Assembly: GCF_963921235.1 (NCBI RefSeq)
Contig: NC_086101.1
Span: forward strand, 11,348,001 to 11,412,000
Origin: Mobula hypostoma
Lineage: Eukaryota
DNA length: 64,000 nt
Direction: 5' to 3'
This document shows positions 37,365 through 47,700 of the stretch, piece by piece. The notes below the pieces were generated by a model. The model searched no databases. It was given only the letters and a program-made list of their open reading frames with translations, and was not told the DNA's origin. Each line of letters opens with the position of its first letter. Position 1 is the first letter of the stretch. Both the position numbers and the translations under genes were made by a program.

Positions 37365-38190
37365 GCTTCCTGTGGGATTATCATTGTGGAATTGGTTTCT
37401 TATTCCCTTAATCTTCCTGGTGACCTCTAGGATGTGATCTGTGAAGTAAATTCTGTTGTCCTGATTCATCTCGTACGTACGTGCAACATTCTTGTCCAAT
37501 CTGGGCACACATGGTTTCTTTCTCGGATAAAACAAAGCCAAAGCGTTTTTGGATTTGCAATGGACTAGCACCAATTCTGCCGACAATTAAATGTTGCTTA
37601 TTGGCTTGGATCGAGAGCATATGCAGTTTAATTTTCTAACTTTTCCAGTGCTGATGTTATGTTAATCAGTTCCTGTGCTGCTTTACCAGCTCCCGAGGCA
37701 AGTGTTACATTCTCCAGAGACAAGAGTCTCCTGGATGGGTACATGAAGCTTAGAAAAATAGAGGGCTGTGGGTAAGCCTCGGTAGTTCTAAAGTAAGGAC
37801 ATGTTTGGTGCAGCTTTGTGGGCCGAAGGGCCTGTATTCTGCTGTAGGAGGTTTTCTATGTTTCCATGTAACACCAAGTCCTTTTCACCCTGGGGTTATT
37901 GTCGTACAGAGGTATACACCATCCTCTGAAACACTGGTTGGTTCCAAATTTACATCCCCATCCCCAGTGACATTCTGGCCATCCGATAAGGGGATGAAGG
38001 GTCTATGTTTCTCAGTCCCGTCATCATTGTACCAGAAATACCCTCGGCTGAGGGCTCGGACCAATTAAAGTCACAGTTCATCTCTGTTTCAGTGAAGGAC
38101 ACATCCATTTCTACATGTGCCAGGACAGCCGTACACACCCAGCAGCCTGAGTGTTCGTGGCAGGGAAAGGACACGATCTAATCCGACTGT
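37365..38190 (-). pseudogene. env: Endogenous retrovirus env relic (gamma/epsilon type), split by a CR1 3' end (~37723-37869)
   Basis: SU-type CXXC (SGCWVC) at ~38140; TM heptad region (AAQELINITSALEKLEN), degenerate immunosuppressive domain and CX6CC (CAQIGQECCTYVRDES) at ~37460-37560. Confidence 0.8.
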
Positions 38191-38196
38191 CGTGGT

Positions 38197-40985
38197 TAGA
38201 AACATAGAAAATAGGTGCAGGAGTAGGCCATTCGGCCCTTCGAGCCTGCACCGCCATTCAGTATGACCATGGCTGATCATCCAACTCAGAACCCTATACC
38301 AGCCTTCCCCCCCATACCCCCTGATCCCTTTAGCCACAAGGGCCATATCTAACTCCCTCTTAAATATAGCCAATGAACTGGCCTCAACTGTTTCCTGTGG
38401 CAGAGAATTCCACAGATTCACCACTCTCTGTGTGAAGAAGTTTTTCCTCATCTCGGTCCTAAAAGGCTTCCCCTTTATCCTCAAACTGTGACCCCTTGTT
38501 CTGGACCTCCCCAACATCGGGAACAATCTTCCCGCATCTAGCCTGTCCAATCCCTTTAGGATTTTATACATTTCAATAAGGTCCCCCCTCAATCTTCTAA
38601 ATTCCAACGAGTATAAGACTAGTTGATCCAGTCTTTCATCATATGAAAGTCCTGCCATCCCGGAATCAATCTGGTGAACCTTCTTTGTACTCCCTCTATG
38701 GCAAGGATGTCTTTCCTCAGATTAGGGGACCAAAACTGCACACAATACTCCAGGTGTGGTCTCACCAAGGCCTTGTACAACTGCAGTAGTACCTCCCTGC
38801 TCCTGTACTCGAATCCTCTCACTATAAATGCCAGCATACCATTTGCCTTTTTCACCGCCTGCTGTACCTGCATGCCCACTTTCAATGACTGGTGTATAAT
38901 GACACCCAGGTCTCGTTGCACCTCCCCTTTTCCTAATCGGCCACCATTCAGATAATAATCTGTTTTCCTGTTTTGCCACCAAAGTGGATAACCTCACATT
39001 TATCCACATTAAATTGCATCTGCCATGAATTTGCCCACTCACCTAACCTACCCAAGTCACCCTGCATCCTCCTCACAGCTATCATTGCCGCCCAGCTTCG
39101 TGTCATCGCAAACTTGGAGATGCTGCATTTAATTCCCTCATCTAAGTCATTAATATATATTGTAAACAACTGGGCTCCCAGCACTGAGCCTTGCGGGTAC
39201 CCCACTAGTCACTGCCTGCCATTCTGAAAAGGTCCCGTTTATTCCCACTCTTTGCTTCCTGTCTGCCAACCAATTCTCTATCCACATCAATACCTTACCC
39301 CCAATACCGTGTGTTTTAAGTTTGCACACTAATCTCCTGTGTGGGACCTTGTCAAAAGCCTTTTGAAAATCCAAATATACCACATCCACTGGTTCTCCCC
39401 TATCCACTCTACTAGTTACATCCTCAAAAAATTCTATGAGATTCGTCAGACATGATTTTCCTTTCACAAATCCATGCTGATTTTGTTTGATGATTTCACC
39501 GCTTTCGAAATGTGCTGTTATCACATCTTTGATAACTGACTCTAGCATTTTCCCCACCACCAATGTCAGGCTAACCGGTCTATAATTCCCCGGTTTCTCT
39601 CTCCCTCCTTTTTTAAAAAGCCACTCCAATCCTCAGGAACTAGTCCAGAATCTAAAGAGTTTTGAAAACTTATCACTAATGCATCCACTATTTCTTAGGC
39701 TACTTCCATAAGCACTCTAGAATGCAGACCATCTGGCCCTGGGGATTTTTCTGCCTTTAATCCCTTCAATTTATCTAACACCACTTCCCTACTAACATGT
39801 ATTTCCCTCAGTTCCTCCATCTCACTGGACACTCCATCCCCTGCTATTTCCAAAAGATTATTTATGTCCTCCTTAGTGAAGACAGAACCAAAGTAGTTAT
39901 TCAATTTGTCTGCCATGTCCTTGTTCCCCATAATCAATTCACCTGTTTCTGTCTGTAGGGAACCTACGTTTGTCTTAACCAATCTTTTTCTTTTCACATA
40001 TCTACAAAAGCTTTTACAATCAGTTTTTATGTTCCCTGCCAGTTTTCTCTCATAATCTCTTTTCCCTTTCCTAATTAAGCCCTTTGTCTTCCTCTGCTGG
40101 ACTCTGAATTTCTCCCAGTCCTCAGGTGAGTCACTTTTTCTGGCTAATTTGTATGCTTCTTCTTTGGAATTGATACTATCCCTAATTTCCCTTGTCAGCC
40201 ACAGGTGCACTACCTTCCTTGATTTATTCTTTTGCCAAACTGGGATGAACAATTGTTGTAGTTCATCCATGCGATCTTTAAATGCTTGCCATTGCATATC
40301 CACCGTCAACCCTTTGAGTGTCATTTGCCCGTCTATTTTAGCTAATTCACGTCTCATACCTTCAAAGTTACCCTTCTTTAAGTTCAGAACCTTTGTTTCT
40401 GAATTAACTATGTCACTCTCCATCTTAATGAAGAATTCCACCATATTATGGTCACTCTTACCCAAGGGGTCTCTCACGACAAGATTGCTAATTAACCCTT
40501 CCTCATTGCTCAATACCCAGTCTAGAATGGCCTGCTCTCTAGTTGGTTCCTCGATATGTTGGTTCAGAAAACCATCCCGCATACATTCCAAGAAATCCTC
40601 TTCCTCAGCACCTTTACCAATTTGGTTCACCCAATCTATATGTAGATTGAAGTCACCCATTATAACTGCTATTCCTTTATTGCACACATTTCTAATTTCC
40701 TGTTTAATACCATCCCCAACCTCACTACTACTGTTAGGTGGCCTGTACACAACTCCCACCAGCGTTTTCTGCCCCTTAGTGTTATGCAGCTCTACCCATA
40801 TCGATTCCACATCCTCCTGGCTAATGCCCTTCCTTTCTATTGTGTTAATCTCCTCTCTAACCAGCAATGTTACCCCACCTCCTTTTCTTTCATGTCTATC
40901 CCTCCTGAATATTGAATATCCCTGAATGTTGAGCTCCCATCCATGGTCACCCTGGAGCCATGTCTCTGTGATCCCAACTATATTA
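38197..40985 (-). mobile_element. CR1 LINE of the young family, EN + RT with several frameshifts
   Basis: ORFs 39695-40867, 39150-39629 and 38619-38921 are highly similar to the 32-34 kb and 62-64 kb copies. Confidence 0.96.
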
Positions 40986-41152
40986 TATTGTCAGAAGCCC
41001 TTTGAGAACATTTTTAGATGGAGCTTCTGCTCACTACCTCCATGGCCATGATAACCTTAAGGAACTCCATCCTGGGACTTTGTGGGAAGAAATTTTTAGA
41101 GGCCCAACTGAGATATTTAGAAAACTGAACATAGAATAATGCAGCCCTTTAT

Positions 41153-42180
41153 TGTCACCTGGTTCGGAAATGGCGCAAGTGTGGAGTGAGATAGATCAGA
41201 CTTTAATGTGAACACTGTTAAAGAGAAAAGAAAGCAATAAACGTTGCCCAAACAAGAGGGAAAAAGAACAAAGCCCTTAAGTGGAGTCATTGGGATGCCA
41301 CCATGACGGCGGTTTTTTTAGCAGGCTTTCTTATTTTTATGAAGCCGAGTTGCTAGCTTCACGCTCAACCCAGCACGGATGGAAAGCGGGTAAGGGAGCC
41401 GGCTGGATTCGAACTCGGGAGCCTTCACTCCAAAGTCCAGCACTGACACTACTACGCCACCAGCCAGCAGGCCAAACAAGTCTGTTTGGTAAAACTCTCA
41501 AGTGGAAATCGAAGCCTGCACTGCAGGTGAAAAGAACAACTAAATATTAAACAAATACCACTAGTCTTCTGAGTCAATTGACTTTGACAGTCCAATTTCT
41601 CAGGCAAGGCTGAATGCAAACAGGCAGTAAAGCGAAGCGTTGCTGTGATGTGTCCAAGCCTCCAGAAGCACTGTGACGGAATGAATGGAGTTAAATACTA
41701 TCACAATGAAATAATAATTAGCTGACACATGCATATTCACAAGCTCAATTGCCGAATCTGCTGCGCTGCCGAATCCGTGCTTGTGGCAGCCCCCACCCCC
41801 CTCCTCTCTAGGCACAGCCCCTGAGGTGCCACAGACCTGTGTCCGCTGGGAGTCCCGGATGAGGGACTTGTCCAAGACGTCCTTCACTGATGCTGATAGA
41901 CCAGTGCGATGGTGTGCACTGCCAAGATCGGAGACAAAAACTTCCATGTAGAGACAGAAACAAGAGCTTTTACAGAGGTAGCTCGACCAAGTGACACAGT
42001 GAGACGGATAATTCTGAAATTGAGGACCCTCCGATTGGAGCTAGTCAGGCATCTGCTTAACAATAAAACTAACAGAATCCCTGTGCCTATCAAAATAAAC
42101 CTAACAAACTTAAACAGAAAGCACCAGGAAACTGCATTACAAAGAGCGAGCTGCTCGAGGAAAAACACACGGAACTCTTA
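41153..42180 (-). mobile_element. Gypsy/chromovirus-like LTR retrotransposon remnant: 3' LTR (41153-41788), polypurine tract, deleted internal region
   Basis: tgtcac...gtggca termini; minus-strand agaggaggggggtgggggc abuts the LTR; SVKDVLDKSLIRD resembles the end of an integrase chromodomain. Confidence 0.65.
41281..41468 (-). mobile_element. tRNA-derived SINE inserted in the LTR
   Basis: Minus-strand A box TGGCGTAGTAG and B box GAGTTCGAATCC followed by a non-tRNA body. Confidence 0.8.
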
Positions 42181-43479
42181 AAACTTTAATAACTGTTGTT
42201 GATTAATTCCTCCCCAGTAACACCATTGTACATCTGTCTTGCACCTCTCCATCTTAATAACATCTTTCCTGTTGCAAGGTAACCAGAACTGTAAGCTATG
42301 CTCCAAATGTGCTCCCACCAACGTCTTGTACACATGTAACATGACATACCAGCTCCTACTCAGCATTCTGATCGGTGAAGGTGGGAACCCAACCATTCCC
42401 CCCCCCCCCATTCTGTAACGTAACACTCTCCAGGGGCCCACCAGTTACTGTGTAGGTCCTGCCCTGGCTTTTGTCCCAAATCATAACACCTCACATTCCT
42501 CTAAATTTAACTCAATCTGCCATTCCTTAGTTCCACTGGCTCAGTTGATCAAGGTACCATTGTCATCGAAGATCACCTCATCTCTGTCCACTGTACTGTT
42601 GAGTATCCATCAACGGAACTACAGAAGTTTGTGGATTAGAAAATTCACTGCACAATTCGTAATTAATCAAAGCTCACACTTTATTGTCTCTGAACAAACA
42701 ACAATGTAACTATGTTGACTCCAGGCCAACAACTTAAACCATATATTCTACTCTTCCCTCTGTACAACTTGCCCAATTTATAACACCATAACAGGGGATC
42801 TCCATTGGCCAGACGATCGATCCTTCCTTCTCCCAGCCCCTGGCATGGGGGTTCTTCCTCGTGATGGTGATTCTCCTGAGTTATCGCTGTGACCGCATTT
42901 ATATTCATTTCTCATCAATTCAAACGTAGCACTCCAGTGTCATTAACACTTTTTTGTTGGCTTTGGTCCAGGCCAGCATCCATTAATGGCCTCTTCCCAG
43001 CCAGTGACAATCGGTAATTCATGACCTTATGTGCTCAATGAGCAACGAGTTTGATTCATGCAAAACAGCTTCTGACTCCAACAGTCAAAAACCTTCATGT
43101 TATAACCAACCAAAGAACGTCTCACAAATGACTTCTTATTCGGAAATGATCTCTGGTCCAGCAGATTACGTGAAGCATCATTGTAACTTCTATAAAACAC
43201 TGATCAAGTCAAGCAGCTAACACACAAAATTGAGGACATAAAACAGTTCCACAAAATGGCAGCCTCCATCTCCAAGCACGTGACAGGAATAAAAAGAATA
43301 GATCTGTCTGCTTTCACTGTCCTTGACCCATTCAAGTTCAACGCTTTCTTACAGAATTAAAATCCGCCATGGCCAACCTCTATACCACCAATTTTAGTGT
43401 CACCCATAAACTTACTAACCCTGTCTCCAACTGTCAATACCTCCAGTTGAACAAAGTATTTTTGAGTGTTTCCTTTAGC

Positions 43480-43867
43480 TGTCATTCTGTGTTTTTGTAT
43501 TGCCATGGGCTCTTGATTGTTTTCATGCCCCATGTGCCCCTGTCCCCGTCCCTGCTCTACTACAGCCCCTGTATCACTGATTACTCTGCCCCTCACCTGT
43601 TTCCCATTATTACCTGTATTGCTGCCACCTGTGTCTCATTGTGCTCTACCTATCATCTGCCTTTCTGTTTGTTGCTCAGTGTATTTTACTCCTTTTTAAT
43701 GCACCCGTGTTTTGCCAGATTGTGCCAGTAAGTTCTCCTGAGCCTTTCCAACATTTAGCTTTTCCTAAACTCTGTCTTTCTGATTATTGACCCTGCCGCT
43801 TGTTGACCCTGATTTTGCTTGTTTATCTTGATTGTTCTGGTTTTTGACGCTGCCTGTTTCCTGATTC
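43480..43867 (+). mobile_element. Truncated LTR-like fragment
   Basis: Starts tgtca; repeated cacctg motifs and pyrimidine-rich composition like fish Gypsy LTRs; no CA terminus found. Confidence 0.45.
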
Positions 43868-44185
43868 TAAACGTGGAGAAAATTGGAAAATCTGAGATGT
43901 AAAAGGACTTGGGAGTCCTTGTACAGCACACCCTAAAGGTTAACTTGCAAGTAGAGTCGGCGTTGAAGAAGGCAAATGCAACTAGCATTCATTTCAAGAA
44001 GTCTGGAATATAAGAGGCTTTATGTGATGCTAAGGCGCTGGTGAGGCCTCAAATTGAGTATTTTGAACACCTTTGGGCTCCTTATTTGCGAAAAGATGTG
44101 CTGAAGGGTTCAGAGGAGGTTCTCGGGGATGATTCCGAGAACGAAAGGCTTGTCATATAAGGAGCTTTTGATAGCTCTGTGCCAT
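43868..44185 (+). mobile_element. CR1 fragment immediately upstream of the TRIM
   Basis: Homologous to the CR1 at ~45230-45550 (NGEKI..DLGVLV..KVNLQVES..KKANA). Confidence 0.8.
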
Positions 44186-44205
44186 TGAATATTTGCGGCA
44201 ACATA

Positions 44206-44217
44206 ACTTTCATTTCT
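44206..44217 (-). promoter_or_regulatory. Candidate ISRE/IRF element upstream of the TRIM
   Basis: Minus strand AGAAATGAAAGT fits the GAAA-N1-2-GAAA-S consensus, about 100 nt upstream of the ATG in non-repeat sequence. Confidence 0.4.
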
Positions 44218-44313
44218 TGAGACTGCAGCGCATCTAGTGGACAATCACGGTACTACAGAGGTTCAGCAGTTGAGTGTAAAAACATTTTGAACCAGGAAGT
44301 GCTGGGAATTAAC

Positions 44314-44721
44314 ATGGCTTCGAGGCTGGACGAGTGTTTAACCGAGGAGGTAATTTGCCACGTCTGCCTGGATTTCTTCACCGATCCGGTTACACTGGAG
44401 TGTGGACACAACTTCTGCCGCTCCTGTATCACACGCTTTTGGGAAAGGGAGGAGAGAAACTCCTGTCCGGAATGCAAAGTGCAGTTTGCAGACCGGACCC
44501 TCCGGTCCAGTCGACTTTTAGCAAGACTGGCTGAGAAAGCTCGAAAACTGCACCTGAAGCCGAGAGAGAATGAAAGTAAACTTCACTGCGAGGAACATGA
44601 AGAAGAAATGAAGCTGTTTTGTGAAACGGACAAGAAACTGATCTGCGTGATTTGTGCAGTTGCGCAGGAACACAGAGAGCACCGCTTCCTGTCGATTAGA
44701 GAAGCTGTTGAAACCTGCAAG
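44314..44721 (+). CDS. TRIM exon 1: RING + B-box 2
   Basis: MASRLDECLTEEVICHVCLDFF...EAVETCK|gtaaat; 408 nt. Confidence 0.95.
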
Positions 44722-47700
44722 GTAAATATTAACCGATTTCAATCAGCTGTTTATCTTATTGTGACTGCATTGTCTAATTCCTTTCCTCTCTGGTTCTCAG
44801 GACCAAGTTAAATCTTCTATAGAAACCCTCACAAAAAGGAAATCAGACTTTCTGGAAATGGAGCAGCAACAGATACGGAAGATTTCCGGAGTTCGGGTGA
44901 GGCCTGCCTGTGCGCAATTTCTGATCTTGTTTAGTTTTCGTTTCCTCTGCTGATGGCAGCACCGTATCGCAGCAGGTAGTGCTACTTTTTCATAGATTCA
45001 GTGACCTGGATTCGACCCTGATCTCTGCTGCTGCCTAGGTGTAGTCGCGCCTTCTCCCTAACGGCATAGACGGGTTTCACGCCAATCACAGAGACTCTGG
45101 CTGAACAGGTAGGATGCATGAGGACTTGGACAGATTAAGAGTATGGGCAAGAAAGCGGCAAATGAAATACAATGTTGGAAATGCATGGTCATGCACTTTG
45201 GCAGTAGAAATAAACGTGCAGACTATTTTCTAAATGGGGAGAAAATCCAAAAATCTAAGGTGCAAACGGATCTGGGAGTACTTGTGCAGAACATCCTAAA
45301 GGTTAACTTGCAGGTTGAGTCGGTGGTGAGGAAGGCAAATGCAATGTTAGCATTGATTTCAAGAGGTCGAGAATACAAGAGCAAGGATGTGAGCTGAGGC
45401 TTTATAAGGTACTGGTGAGTATTGTGAAGAGTTTTGGGCCCCTCATCTTAGAAAGTATGTGCTGACATTGGAGAGGATTGAGAGGAGGTTCACAAGGATG
45501 ATTCCTGGAGTGAAAGGGTTATATGAGGAGCGTTTGATGGTTCTGGGTCTACTCGCTGGAATTCATAAGGATGAGGAGGCGATCTCATTGAACCCTTTCT
45601 AATGTTGAAAGGCCTAGACAGAGCAGATGTGGAAAGGATGTTTCCCATAGTGGGAGAGTCTAGGACAAGAGGGCACAGCCTCAGGATAGAGGGGTGCACT
45701 TTCAAAACAGATGCAGAGAAATTTCTTCAGCCAGAGGGTGCTGAATTTGGAGAATTTGTTGCCACATCAGCTGTGGAGGCCAGGTGGTTGGGTGTGTTTA
45801 AGGCAGAGATTGACAGGTTCTTGATTGGACATGGCATCAAAAGTTATGTGGAGAAGGCCGGGATCTGGGGTTGAGGGGGTGATAGAAAAAAAGGAATTGC
45901 CATGATTGAATGGCGGAGCAGACTCGATGGGCCAGATGGCCTAATTCTGCTCCTATGTCTTATAGTCTTGTGGTCTTATAGAATTGCTAATTGATCACGA
46001 TGATGCGGGTGGTCTGGGAATTGGCTGGGAGTTAATGAGTGTGTGATGGAGAAGATACTTCTTGGACTGAGGGACTGGTGGGATTGCTCTGAAAGTCGGC
46101 ATAATTTTTAAGGACTAAATGATCAATTTCAGTGTCGTGGTGCAGTCACATAATATCTTAACCATCACGGTCATTTGACAGGAACAGTCTCGTCACCTGC
46201 AGTCCCACATCACAGCCCAGTTTGTTGAACTACACCAGATTCTCACTGAGAAAAAGCAGCACTTCCTCAGAGATCTCAGGGAAGAAGAGGAGAGGATTTT
46301 AAATCCTATGGAAAAAAATCTTCGAGCGATTCAAGAGAATTTAAATTGTATTCGGGAGGAAATTTCAACATTACAGGAACGGATGGATCTAACAGACAGT
46401 GTGAGGTTCCTCAAGGTGAGAGACAATATTACAAGCACAAGAGATTCGGCAGATGCTGGTGTTGGAGAAACACAAACAATGCTGGAGGAACTCAGCTGAT
46501 CAAGCAGCGTCTGTGTGGTCGACTTGCTGGCAGTGACCCTTCAGCAGGGCTGGAGAAGGAGGCAGAGGCCAGAATAAGATGGTGGAGGAGGGAGAGAAGT
46601 ACAAGCTGGCAGGTGATAGGTGAAACCAGGTGAGGAGGAAGGTGGGTGGGTGGGAAGGGGGATGAATTAACCTGGAGATGATAGGTGGAAAAGCCATCTA
46701 ACAGGAGTATGAAAGAAAGGGAGGATGAGGGCCACTAGAGGGAGGTGAGGTAAAGAGAAGGGGTGAGAGGGGAAACAGAACAGGCAATGGCAAAGGCGAG
46801 ATGGGGAGGAGCAGAAATTATGAAAGTCAGAGAAATTGATGGTGCTGAGTTCCTCCAGCATTTTGTATATGTTGCTTTGGATTTCCAGCATCTGCAGAAT
46901 TTCTTGGCTACACAAATTGATGTCAGGCTATAAAGCTGGAGGCTGCCCAGAAAGAATGAGGTGCTCTTCCTCCAACTTGAGTGTGGTCTCATTGTAGCAG
47001 TTGAGTAGGCTGTTTACTGACATGTCAGAATGGGACTGGGAAGTCCTATTGAAATATGCAGCCACGGGGTATCTTGGGGTTTTTTGCAACAGATGGAATG
47101 AAGTGCTTGACAAAGAGTTCTCCCAGTCTATGTAGAAGCTGCACCAGGAGCACCCAATACCAATGGATGACCCTGATAGACTAACAGGGATGGTGATGTG
47201 CTGGATATGGAGGCAGTACTGCTATATAGTAGGTAGAGACAAGGGGAACAGTGAACAGTGAACCATATTCCTTCGTGTGTTTCTCCGGCTTCCCCATTTG
47301 GTCTCTGCTGCCAGTTTCAACCACACTTGTGGCAGAGTTTTGCTTTCTCTTTCCTGAACTTATTGCATGATCTATTGAAGCCTGCCTTACATTTTATCTT
47401 TGGCTGAAGGCATTGACATACATTCTTTATCTTCTCTCACCCTTTAATCTATGCATAATGTTAAATATCTGTCTGATCACCTTAATGTCTTACTAGGGTG
47501 AGAATGGATGACCTGTCCCATCTTTCCTGTAAGTATCATCCCCTATGTTATAAATTTCTCAAGCTTTCTTTGTACTATGTCTGGTGGCCCTACGTCATTT
47601 CCACAATGACCTTTATAAAATCTGTGTGCCAGCAGGGGTGAGTTTGGAAAAGGGAATATTGAGTGTCATGCAATAATTGGCACAAAATTCCTGTTGTAGG

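Noticed and set aside
40149..40925. 258-aa + strand ORF (likewise 62447-63136, 32872-33276, 55337-55915)
   Set aside because: Antisense shadows of CR1 ORFs, with no independent protein features.
41385..41468. Possible tRNA gene
   Set aside because: A and B boxes are present, but I could not form a full cloverleaf and a SINE body follows.
42580..43380. Possible gag/protease remnant (CYKLGKL) linked to the env relic
   Set aside because: Zinc-knuckle residues are incomplete and there is no second motif; cannot be supported without a search.
44225..44241. CTCF-like motif (tccactagatgcgctgc on -)
   Set aside because: Needs a 1-nt gap in the core to fit the consensus; too weak.
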